A stretch of DNA of 64,000 nt from an uncultured candidate division Zixibacteria bacterium (GTDB lineage: Bacteria; Zixibacteria; MSB-5A5; UBA10806; 4484-95): positions 233,676 through 297,675 of the forward strand of contig CAXXKA010000004.1 in NCBI GenBank assembly GCA_963668625.2, given 5' to 3'. The notes below the pieces were generated by a model. That model saw only the letters and a program-made list of their open reading frames with translations. It was not told the origin of the DNA and ran no database searches. Of this stretch, positions 53,371 to 62,088 are shown in pieces. The translations under genes and the position numbers were made by a program. The number at the start of each line of letters is the position of its first letter. The first letter of the stretch is position 1.

Positions 53371-54809
53371 TTGCTCACCCCAACCGTTATATTGTTAAAC
53401 CTTGCCGGTGATGTACCATGGGCGACATGAGCGGTTTGCATCGGCTCTCCTTTACCACATGAGGGGATTCCCCAGATATGCCAGTGATTCTTATTACAGA
53501 TAGCATCACAATTATTCCAGAATTCCGGGGTAATCCCGGTGTAAAGCGGGTTTTTATATATCTTGCCCAGCTTGCCGTTTTTAATCTCCCGGGCGACCTC
53601 ACAGCCGAACTGGAAGTTCAAACGACGGTCATCGATAGACCAGGTTTTGTTCATATCCAGAAGCAGCCCGTCTTTGGTATCGGCAATCAGATCATCAAGC
53701 CCCCACTTGCCCGGCTCGAGATTGATGTTGGTCATCCTGATAAGCGGAATGCTGCTCCAGCCATCAGCACGCATACAACCATTAGAACCCATCTTGATTA
53801 ATGGCGCTGTCTCGCGCGAGGTCTGGTAACCGACATGCCTGCCCTCCTTGATAATATAATCACGGCAGGCTTTGACTCCCTCATCATCATAGCCGAAAGT
53901 ACCCAGACCACCCTCGATCGTGGCATCGGCAACGATATTGACGATAGGCGAACCGTATTGAAGTTTCCCGAGCTGATCGAGTGTCATGAACGAGCCGCCA
54001 GCCAGCGATATCTCGGTACCCAGCACGCGGTCGAGTTCCGTGGGATGGCCGCATGATTCGTGTACCTGCAACGCCATCTGAGATCCGGTAATTATTATAG
54101 TCTTCTCTCCTTGAGGGCAGTCCTTGGCTTTGATAAGCTCTGCCGCCTCATCAGCTACGCGCTCGGCATTACCCAGCAGATCCATCGATTCGATAAACTC
54201 ATAGCCGCCACAGGCATAATCTCCGCGATGGGAATTTGGATACGACCGTTTCTGTGCCTCGCCTCCTCCCATAGCAAAAACCTCCAATCCACCGCCGGAT
54301 TCCAGTATATCCTGCTCGATCATCGCTCCCTCGGTTGAGGCGAATATCTTGCTGATGCGATAAAATTCCAAATTAGAGGTTGCGACTTTCACCGCTCTAT
54401 TGGCTCGGAGTATTTTATTGACCTCAAATAGAAGCTTCAATTTATCATCAATAGGGGTTTTAAACGGATCCTCTTTGAATCGCGTGGCGTATTTATCCAC
54501 ATACGGTTTAACCTCAGCCAGGCGTACGTCCTCTTTTTTCGTGATTGCCGAGGCGCGGGCTATTTTTAGGGCCAAATTGGCTGTTTTAATCAGTTGATCA
54601 TCACTAAGCCTACTGGTGGAGGCAAATCCCCAGCAGCCATCTACTATGACCCTGATTCCAACGCCTGCGCTCTCAGTGAGCGATATCGCCTCGACCGATT
54701 GGTCTTTCGTGCTGATAGACTGGTGTGTCGTGTGAACATATCGAGCATCACCATAAGCTGCTTTTTTAACTTTAAGGTGATGGATAATGGCTTTGAGTTT
54801 TTCTTGCAA
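53367..54809 (-). CDS. tldD: TldD family metalloprotease
   Basis: Likely TTG start after GGAGGTGA. GVGIRVI.DG.WGFA, VHESCGHPTELDR, RMTNINLEPG and CGKGEP. Upstream TTGACA-N17-TATTAT promoter (54862..54834). Confidence 0.92.
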   Translation of the reverse strand: MQEKLKAIIHHLKVKKAAYGDARYVHTTHQSISTKDQSVEAISLTESAGVGIRVIVDGCWGFASTSRLSDDQLIKTANLALKIARASAITKKEDVRLAEVKPYVDKYATRFKEDPFKTPIDDKLKLLFEVNKILRANRAVKVATSNLEFYRISKIFASTEGAMIEQDILESGGGLEVFAMGGGEAQKRSYPNSHRGDYACGGYEFIESMDLLGNAERVADEAAELIKAKDCPQGEKTIIITGSQMALQVHESCGHPTELDRVLGTEISLAGGSFMTLDQLGKLQYGSPIVNIVADATIEGGLGTFGYDDEGVKACRDYIIKEGRHVGYQTSRETAPLIKMGSNGCMRADGWSSIPLIRMTNINLEPGKWGLDDLIADTKDGLLLDMNKTWSIDDRRLNFQFGCEVAREIKNGKLGKIYKNPLYTGITPEFWNNCDAICNKNHWHIWGIPSCGKGEPMQTAHVAHGTSPARFNNITVGVSK

Positions 54810-55016
54810 GGTGATCACCTCCGGGTTTTGATAATAATAGCTGCTGTGGAAAGGTTTGTCAAGCAAAGTCAAACTCAGATGAGATTAGATGATCAATAGA
54901 TTGTTTTCTGGGGCAATTCGATTGCCGGGTAGCAAACAAAGAGAGGCTGTCTGGCAAATTCTTTTAAATAGAAAAGATACTTCACCAGTGTTCGTCCTTT
55001 GGCTGGAGTGCGCGTC

Positions 55017-55130
55017 AGTATGTCGTTTCTTCCATCCTTACGAATACTGTTGAAATTAGATATAATGATATATAGTTACGCCTTACATCAGCAGGAGGGC
55101 CAGGATGAAAGGAACGACATACTGAGGCTA
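55017..55130. repeat. Two degenerate, oppositely oriented copies of the repeat's terminal hairpin
   Basis: CAGTATGTCGTTTCTTCCATCCT (~55017) and CAGGATGAAAGGAACGACATACTGAGGC (~55101). Confidence 0.55.
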
Positions 55131-55510
55131 ATTTCAGCCAATAATGTTAAAAGCCGGGCGCTGGTGTGTAAAAATATATTCCGTTTATTGTTAATTTTAA
55201 TGCTATTGTGAATGGGAGGGATTGTTGCAATGCCCTTTGAGAGTCTCACATTATTTATGATGTATTCTTAATTACACGCAACATCGCCCTGCGAAAGCAG
55301 GGCGGTGTATGATGTCCAAAGATTGGGAGGGAATTATAAAAAGATTACTAGCGGAAGTTGTTATACGCGATTATGGTTCACATAATGAAGAAAACAGATG
55401 ATACCCCATTGGGAGTATATTTTTATATGATAAGCACCGATAGTTATTTTAAACTCAAAGGATAATGTTGTTGAAATAGATCGTAGTAGGAGCGTACTGA
55501 AAACATCCTT

Positions 55511-56440
55511 CTATATCTCCGTAAAAAATCCCTCTAACCCTGAAAAACCGGCTTTTATGCTTGCCAGCTTCAATCCTGCTTTACATGCTTTTATCAAATC
55601 GCCATGCTTGATATAGCTGGTGATAGTGCCTGCGGCATGACAGTCACCGCAACCAGTAGGATCAATCACCTTAGCGGGGTTAACATCGAAAGTGTGTACC
55701 GCCGGATTACCAACCTCCCCAGTGACCATTACCACAGCTTTATCCTCCCTTGTGATAACAACCGCGCGCGGCCCCTCGTCATGTACTCTAATAGCAGCCT
55801 GAGCAACCCCCTCGGTATCGGTCTCTGTTCCCGGGAAGATCGAGCGCAGCTCGACATTATTCATTTGTACGATATCGGCGCAGCGTATGTAATCACGCCA
55901 GCGAGGATTGTACCTGAAATGACGTTTCACCTTTAATACCGGTTTTTTACTGATAGGCTCCTTGCCCAGCGCCAGGCTGTGATAATCCATGTAAACCAGG
56001 GGATTGAACATCGCTTTTACTTTTCTTATATTCGCCGGTGGAAACTCATCCCCGCCGATATAGTTGAGCAGTAGAATATCAATCGAGCCGATCGCCTTGA
56101 AAAGCGTCGGGCTGATCGTCGGCATCTCACCTATATTGCACTCTTTCCGGTATCCCTCCGGCATGTATTTTAGCTCGTGGATTTTATTGTTACGCTTTAT
56201 CCGCCGAACATGATTAAAATCAATCGCCGGGAAACGCTCGAAATGGCTGCGGGCTTTATCGTACAGGTCCTCGCCGACATTACATACCGGGACAATACGC
56301 GTGTTCTCACCGGCGGTTGCGCCCAGAGCCGATAAGCTGTAAGCGATCCCGCCCAGCGCCTCTGTTATGCCGCCATCGGGCTTTACGATACGGTCCCACA
56401 CAAGATGACCAACGACAGCTATAGTCTTGTTATTTCTCAT
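55511..56440 (-). CDS. PfkB family carbohydrate kinase
   Basis: IAVVGHLVWD, GGIAYS, QMNNVEL, and signature VIDPTGCGDCHAAG. Confidence 0.88.
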   Translation of the reverse strand: MRNNKTIAVVGHLVWDRIVKPDGGITEALGGIAYSLSALGATAGENTRIVPVCNVGEDLYDKARSHFERFPAIDFNHVRRIKRNNKIHELKYMPEGYRKECNIGEMPTISPTLFKAIGSIDILLLNYIGGDEFPPANIRKVKAMFNPLVYMDYHSLALGKEPISKKPVLKVKRHFRYNPRWRDYIRCADIVQMNNVELRSIFPGTETDTEGVAQAAIRVHDEGPRAVVITREDKAVVMVTGEVGNPAVHTFDVNPAKVIDPTGCGDCHAAGTITSYIKHGDLIKACKAGLKLASIKAGFSGLEGFFTEI

Positions 56441-56486
56441 AGAATGATTGTTGTTTTGTAACGGCTCAGTACTCAATATTACCAAA

Positions 56487-56519
56487 TAAAAAGCCCCGCC
56501 GTTAGAAAGCAGCGGGGCG
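56487..56519 (-). terminator. Terminator at the end of the TBDR/PorV operon
   Basis: Minus strand GCCCCGCTG...CGGCGGGGC-TTTTT. Confidence 0.75.
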
Positions 56520-56537
56520 TAATTGCGAAATTATCGT

Positions 56538-58328
56538 TTAATCCTCAGTCAAGAACCAGTTAAGCATGTCAGTGAAAATAGTTTGAACCTGCCCCTGTGA
56601 ATTATCCATCATATACAGCGGGAAGCTGAAATAGGATGAACGGAACAGGTCATGTGAAGGCTGAAATCTGACAGCACAAGGTAAATATTGGAGGTCTTGA
56701 AGAGTATCAGGATTTGCAGCATTGTAGGTAAACAATGTCCTGGAATACGGTGAGAATCTGACAAGAATCTCAACCTTATTAATGTTTATCTGATTCATCT
56801 GCATAGTTCTGTTTTGGTCAATCGGCAGATCGGCATAAGTGGAGTAGTTGGATGTTGCCCCGATAAATTCAGCCGTATCCGCGGACGAAACCTCAGTGTA
56901 TACCCCGGCGCTCAAATCGAAATACTTATAAGCGAGAGATTCAACAGCGAATTCACTACTACCGGAATAGTTAGCCGGATTAGGAATGAAACACTGTCTT
57001 CCTATAACCCAGGCTTTGCCGCCGGCGTCCATGTAATCCATCATCACTGAAATAAACGGCTCGCCGGTGCTCTCAAGGCCAAGTTCGCGTTTATGATAAT
57101 CCATATCATCGAAGATTATCATTCGATATTGAGCTAAAATATCAATTGAGGGATAATCACTTGCCCTCAGGTTGCCGGTACTACCATAAACATCTTCAAC
57201 CGGATCGAATTCATAACCGGCATTCTGTATCATGTCGGTATAGAAGTCTAGCAGTGAATCGGGATAATTAGCGGTACTACTGGAATCGGTTAGCAGCGGG
57301 AATCCCTTACGATTGTCGCCATAAAGCAAATACTGCGAGGCCCTTATCAGCATAATGTCTTTAGCCTCGGTGGGATTGCTCTCCCATACCGGCATATAGA
57401 CAATGAACGTTCCCCAGTCCGGTGTAGGATCAGGAACCAACGCGTCATCGCGCGTTTGTACCGAGAATAAATAGCAGCCGGTTGGCAATCCTGTTAATGT
57501 AAATTCAGTACTCCAAACCCATGGATCATCACACAATTCGCCACCGTTAGCGGACGGAATGTGAGCGCCGCCATCAGCACAAGACATAGCTATAATATGC
57601 TCATCCAGAACGTTTTCGATGCCGATGTCTATCAGTTGTGTTGAAGTATCATAATAATCCGGAGAGAATGGCCCGTACAGTTTCCATGAATACTCGAAAT
57701 CAGGAGCACCATCAGGGAAATCAAGCGTATCATCTCCCATCCAACTTACGGGTAATCCATCCCATAAATCGGTCGTAGACAGTAAACTCCAAACCGGTTC
57801 TTTATACCTGGTAGTATCCCCTTCATTGACATAATTACCCGGTAGAAGTTCCAATGTAGTTTGGGGCAATCTGTTTATCCTGTAAAGCGCGTAAAATCCA
57901 ATATTCGAATACGCGCCTTCGTCGTCCTCACACATGAAAAATACGTACTGGTGAAGCGTATCCGTCTCGGAATTGCTCGCCAGCATGTTAATGGTAGCTT
58001 CGGTTTCTTCGGTCTGTGTCCATTCGGATATATCGATATCGGCAAACTCAGTTTGGATATAAGTTAAAGCCGCTAAACTATCGCCAACAGTTTCATAAGG
58101 TAGTATGTTGTAGTAATAGTACATTACCTGACCATCCTCATCGGTACCGAACCAATTGATTATGGCGTTATAAGTGTATAGCGAATCGTAGTAATCGATA
58201 TTCGTAATATGAATAGCAGGCGCGATGTTGGCTAGTTTAGTACCATCCAACTCTTCTGGAGCGCAGCTAAGCATCACGGCCATCAGGATGAGGCTAAGTA
58301 AACCGAGAATCAATAGTTTTTTAATCAT
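56538..58328 (-). CDS. Acidic lipoprotein with Ig/Y_Y_Y-like domains
   Basis: Lipobox MLSC; W.G.DEDGQV..YYY and YLFSVQTRD...DPTP motifs. Confidence 0.8.
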   Translation of the reverse strand: MIKKLLILGLLSLILMAVMLSCAPEELDGTKLANIAPAIHITNIDYYDSLYTYNAIINWFGTDEDGQVMYYYYNILPYETVGDSLAALTYIQTEFADIDISEWTQTEETEATINMLASNSETDTLHQYVFFMCEDDEGAYSNIGFYALYRINRLPQTTLELLPGNYVNEGDTTRYKEPVWSLLSTTDLWDGLPVSWMGDDTLDFPDGAPDFEYSWKLYGPFSPDYYDTSTQLIDIGIENVLDEHIIAMSCADGGAHIPSANGGELCDDPWVWSTEFTLTGLPTGCYLFSVQTRDDALVPDPTPDWGTFIVYMPVWESNPTEAKDIMLIRASQYLLYGDNRKGFPLLTDSSSTANYPDSLLDFYTDMIQNAGYEFDPVEDVYGSTGNLRASDYPSIDILAQYRMIIFDDMDYHKRELGLESTGEPFISVMMDYMDAGGKAWVIGRQCFIPNPANYSGSSEFAVESLAYKYFDLSAGVYTEVSSADTAEFIGATSNYSTYADLPIDQNRTMQMNQININKVEILVRFSPYSRTLFTYNAANPDTLQDLQYLPCAVRFQPSHDLFRSSYFSFPLYMMDNSQGQVQTIFTDMLNWFLTED

Positions 58329-58345
58329 GACTCCTCCACGCTCAC

Positions 58346-59350
58346 TTAAAATTTAAAATCAAAACTGAATCTGTGAACCATATCAAGATAGCCCATATCC
58401 TGATAGGCATAATCAATCTGCATCGATCTCGACGCAAGCGGTACTTTAAGGCCAAAACCGAACGTGATACCGGCATCGAGGCCAAATGATCCACGATCAT
58501 CCAGAGGTGAAGTATTTTCGTTTTCAAGCGGAAGAATACTATCATCGCTGTAGTCTTTCTCGAATTTTTTACCAGCTCTGAGGGCAAAGAAATCGTTGAA
58601 CCAGTACTCGAATCCGGTATTGTACTGCTCTAGGTTATCGCTCGGCCTGGAGGCCTGGATAGCCCAGGTAAGCTTATTAGATGCGGTTTCCATCAAATTA
58701 ATGGCGGCGCCGAATCTGAAATCGATCGGTAGAGGATATTCCTCGCGAATGAATTTCATATCAGGGCCGAAATTGGCCAATACCATACATAGAGTGAAGT
58801 CACGGTAACCGGTATTGTAGTAGATACCCATATCAAGCGCCCAACCTGTGGCTTTCTCTATTTCGAGATAAGAATAGATATACTTCAGAGTGAAACCAAT
58901 CGACAGATGATCGGTCAGACTGGGGGCGTAAGTACCGGCTAAAGCCAGATCACCAGCAGTAAACGTACGACCATCACCGCCGGGAACGGAATATGTCGTG
59001 ACTTTCATATCATCGGTATGAAGCCAGCTTAACGAGAAACCGAGATTGCCATAGAATTGAGGAGTAGGCAAAACGAGTCCGACCCACTCGTACTGAATAT
59101 CGGCAGGATAATCAACATGAGTGACCATCAGCTCCCTCTCCTCCAGAAGAGCAATACCACCGGGGTTATAGTATAACGCCGAGGCGTCATTAGCCAGGCC
59201 AACAAAAGCCTCGCCCATACCAATAGCCCTGGCAGATATCCCGATCTCCAGGAACTGCGCGCCCGCCGTTCCCACTTTTGCCTGACCGAACGATAAGGCC
59301 GGCAGGCACAGCAGAAATACGAGCGTCAACAATAAAATTAGCTTTTTCAC
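58346..59350 (-). CDS. PorV/PorQ (UPF0164) family outer-membrane beta-barrel
   Basis: KVGTAGAQFLEIGISARAIGMGEAF...DASALYYNPGG; C-terminal HRFSFDFKF. Confidence 0.9.
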   Translation of the reverse strand: MKKLILLLTLVFLLCLPALSFGQAKVGTAGAQFLEIGISARAIGMGEAFVGLANDASALYYNPGGIALLEERELMVTHVDYPADIQYEWVGLVLPTPQFYGNLGFSLSWLHTDDMKVTTYSVPGGDGRTFTAGDLALAGTYAPSLTDHLSIGFTLKYIYSYLEIEKATGWALDMGIYYNTGYRDFTLCMVLANFGPDMKFIREEYPLPIDFRFGAAINLMETASNKLTWAIQASRPSDNLEQYNTGFEYWFNDFFALRAGKKFEKDYSDDSILPLENENTSPLDDRGSFGLDAGITFGFGLKVPLASRSMQIDYAYQDMGYLDMVHRFSFDFKF

Positions 59351-59362
59351 CTTCCAGCCTCC

Positions 59363-62047
59363 TTATTTAATGATGACAAATTTGCCAATTTCCGATTCAC
59401 GACTCTGGGCACCACCAATCGGGATAAATTCGATGGTGTAGAGATAGAGACCGGATACAATGGCTTGTCCGTTTCTGGTTACCAGATCCCAGTAAGTAAT
59501 ACCGGCAGGATTGCCGATAGCATCTTCCGGGTTGTACGCGAGCACTCTTACCAGATCGCCGTCAAGCGTCCATATCCTGATAATTGCGCGTTGTTCGTCG
59601 GGGAGGTTAGCAAACCAGATTCGACGATCTTGCTCATGCCAGCCTTCCCTGTTCGGATCCTCGTAACCCATATCGATATAGTATTGAGTATCGGTTATCT
59701 TATAAGGATTCGGGTACACGTTAATCGGCTCGGTTTTATCAATGGGATAAACCAGCGTTGCGTTGATCGACTTGGCCGATTCAAGAGAACCCAAATCAGT
59801 CAGAGGATCGCCGAAATCAAAAGCGGTTACCGAGAAATAAATACCTCGGGAGCTGGCTAAACCATCGAGACTGTAAGAGTAGTGATTTACTATTTTCCCC
59901 TCGACAGTATCGGCTCCGTTGAATATACCGAAATAACCATCCGTTAAAGTATCAAACTCGGCTTTTTCCCAACCAAGACCGGTATTCAGATCGAACGCCT
60001 CCCAGTTGGTTACGGCGGTATTGTTCCAGTCAGGAGTATAAGGATCCCAACCAAGAGCATTCACGCTATCGGTCGTTATAGGATAAAACCTCTCTTTGTT
60101 AACTACCCACTGAGCCGGGCTGATCGTATTATCCCAGGTAACAGGTACCCAATCGATCTTATCGTAGCGGCAAAGCAGTGTCCACTCGAGCTCATCATAC
60201 GACATATATACCGCATAACCCTCGAAATCCTGTTTACCGTTAAACGAATCAAAACCATCTTCCGATCCTGAGTTATCCTCATCGAGATTAATACCGTCCC
60301 AACTAATCGTGATACCACTTTTTACGGGTTCAACGGTAAGTTTGGGAGAATACGGTGGCGGCGGACCTTTGAAATCCGGGCAACCATCGCCTTTATACCA
60401 AAAACGGATCGAATCACCATTGGCATCAACGCCGGTATTCCGATATAAACCACTATCACCATCAGTTTCCCACATTCCATCAATGAAACATGAATCGCGG
60501 CCCGGGTTATCATAAACCCATTCCGCCCACTGGGCGTTTGTTGCAAAATCCTGGAAATCCAGGTTGTTATAATACTCGTTGATACTTACCGGATCCTGCG
60601 TGTGGTTGTACAGATTATCCACCCAGTTTGACGGATCCTGATGAAGTTTGTCACCGCAAACATAAGCAATAGTTAATGGCAGAGTCGTACCTGGCTCAAT
60701 CTGATCGAATTGACCGAAAGAGTAAAGGTAACGGGTATCGTAGCCGTCAGCCAGATCATCGGGATCCTCGGTTGGATTTTCGATCCAGTTACCGGTCGAA
60801 TCCGACCAATCAAGAGCGGAATAAATCTGGTCATAATCGAACTCACCGTTAGCCATCACGAAATATTTCGCCCAATCGCCACCCGGTGTACCTCGCCCAC
60901 CGCCGGGGAATATACGCGCGTTCTGCGCCTGAGTCGGTCCCCAGTCTAAGGGCGAATTGGAATGTGATATCCACCAGTTGAAACCATAGTCAAGACTATC
61001 ATTAGGCGACTGCACTACACGGCAGCCTGAAACACCGCGGCCGGAGGAGTAAATAAACGAACCGGGATTATCATAGGGTCCGTCAGGTTGACCATCATTG
61101 TCAGCAATCCAGGCGGTATTGATCTCGGTGTAAACCGAGGTATCATTCTGATCGGGATAAAAATTGCGGAGGAATCCACATATATCATCCTGAGCGCCTT
61201 CCTCGTCACCATATCCATCCTCGGAGGTGTGAAGAACGTCAGCGTCGATATATAAACCGATCCAGACGCTATCCATGGGAGAATCACCGATATTCTCGAT
61301 TTCGAAATCCATCAGGATGAAATCCTCGGCATATTCATACGACCATGAATAACTTTTCTGTACGATTCTAATGTTTAGCGGTTTATGCGGCCTGTTATCC
61401 TGAGCATCCGGCGCGACACCGATAACAACCGTATCGGTAAAAACACAGATGAAATCTTGCTCGGATATGGCGTCAAAAGTACGCCCGGACAAGTCGGATA
61501 ATTGTCCAAATGTCGGTGCATATGGCGGGGCTGATTCACCGCGAATCGAGAGCATTAGTATCTGGCCATCCGGCGGGGATTCAGGGTTTAACTCGTTAAT
61601 ATCGGACCACCATCCATCATCACCTATTGAAACAAGCGTGTCGAGTTCGCCGGGATTATCCGGGTCATCAACAACAGCGCCAATCCATATACAGCCCTGG
61701 AAAAGGTAATCGATATTAGAGCCGGCGGGAAATTCGCACGAAGGCGCCGGCAGGTTCGTTAAGGGATCAGTTATATCCCTGGCCTCGCTACCGAGCTTTC
61801 CATAGTTGGTAATCGAGAAATATACATTACCAACCCTGTGAACCCGCAAAGTCTGGTTTGGTTCAACCGCCGGTTTATAAAGCTGGCCGCCGTTTTGATC
61901 GGCATAGTCGGGGTGCATCGTGGTTGCATTTGCACTGGATGCCATTATCAAAATTGCGAATAACGCAACGACTATCTGAGCAAAACGGAGACCTCGCCCA
62001 ATACCGCCGGCCGGTGACCAATAGTATTCGGGTTTGGTTTGATTCAT
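59363..62047 (-). CDS. Large secreted acidic protein with variant (FlgD-like) C-terminal sorting domain
   Basis: Probable start 62047 after GGAGG (the track start is 62086). VHRVGNVYFSITNYG, DFEGYAVY, YFSVTAFD, and C-terminal VYPNPY...FANLP...IWTLDGDLVR...WDL...SGLYLY...KFVIIK. Confidence 0.8.
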   Translation of the reverse strand: MNQTKPEYYWSPAGGIGRGLRFAQIVVALFAILIMASSANATTMHPDYADQNGGQLYKPAVEPNQTLRVHRVGNVYFSITNYGKLGSEARDITDPLTNLPAPSCEFPAGSNIDYLFQGCIWIGAVVDDPDNPGELDTLVSIGDDGWWSDINELNPESPPDGQILMLSIRGESAPPYAPTFGQLSDLSGRTFDAISEQDFICVFTDTVVIGVAPDAQDNRPHKPLNIRIVQKSYSWSYEYAEDFILMDFEIENIGDSPMDSVWIGLYIDADVLHTSEDGYGDEEGAQDDICGFLRNFYPDQNDTSVYTEINTAWIADNDGQPDGPYDNPGSFIYSSGRGVSGCRVVQSPNDSLDYGFNWWISHSNSPLDWGPTQAQNARIFPGGGRGTPGGDWAKYFVMANGEFDYDQIYSALDWSDSTGNWIENPTEDPDDLADGYDTRYLYSFGQFDQIEPGTTLPLTIAYVCGDKLHQDPSNWVDNLYNHTQDPVSINEYYNNLDFQDFATNAQWAEWVYDNPGRDSCFIDGMWETDGDSGLYRNTGVDANGDSIRFWYKGDGCPDFKGPPPPYSPKLTVEPVKSGITISWDGINLDEDNSGSEDGFDSFNGKQDFEGYAVYMSYDELEWTLLCRYDKIDWVPVTWDNTISPAQWVVNKERFYPITTDSVNALGWDPYTPDWNNTAVTNWEAFDLNTGLGWEKAEFDTLTDGYFGIFNGADTVEGKIVNHYSYSLDGLASSRGIYFSVTAFDFGDPLTDLGSLESAKSINATLVYPIDKTEPINVYPNPYKITDTQYYIDMGYEDPNREGWHEQDRRIWFANLPDEQRAIIRIWTLDGDLVRVLAYNPEDAIGNPAGITYWDLVTRNGQAIVSGLYLYTIEFIPIGGAQSRESEIGKFVIIK

Positions 62048-62088
62048 AAGCAACCTCCAGATTATCCTAAAAAAGTTTTTATTCATAT

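Noticed and set aside
51277-54809. RiPP (microcin-like) cluster around TldD/TldE plus the SdpI-like gene
   Set aside because: No precursor peptide, YcaO or radical SAM gene nearby; TldDE is widespread on its own.
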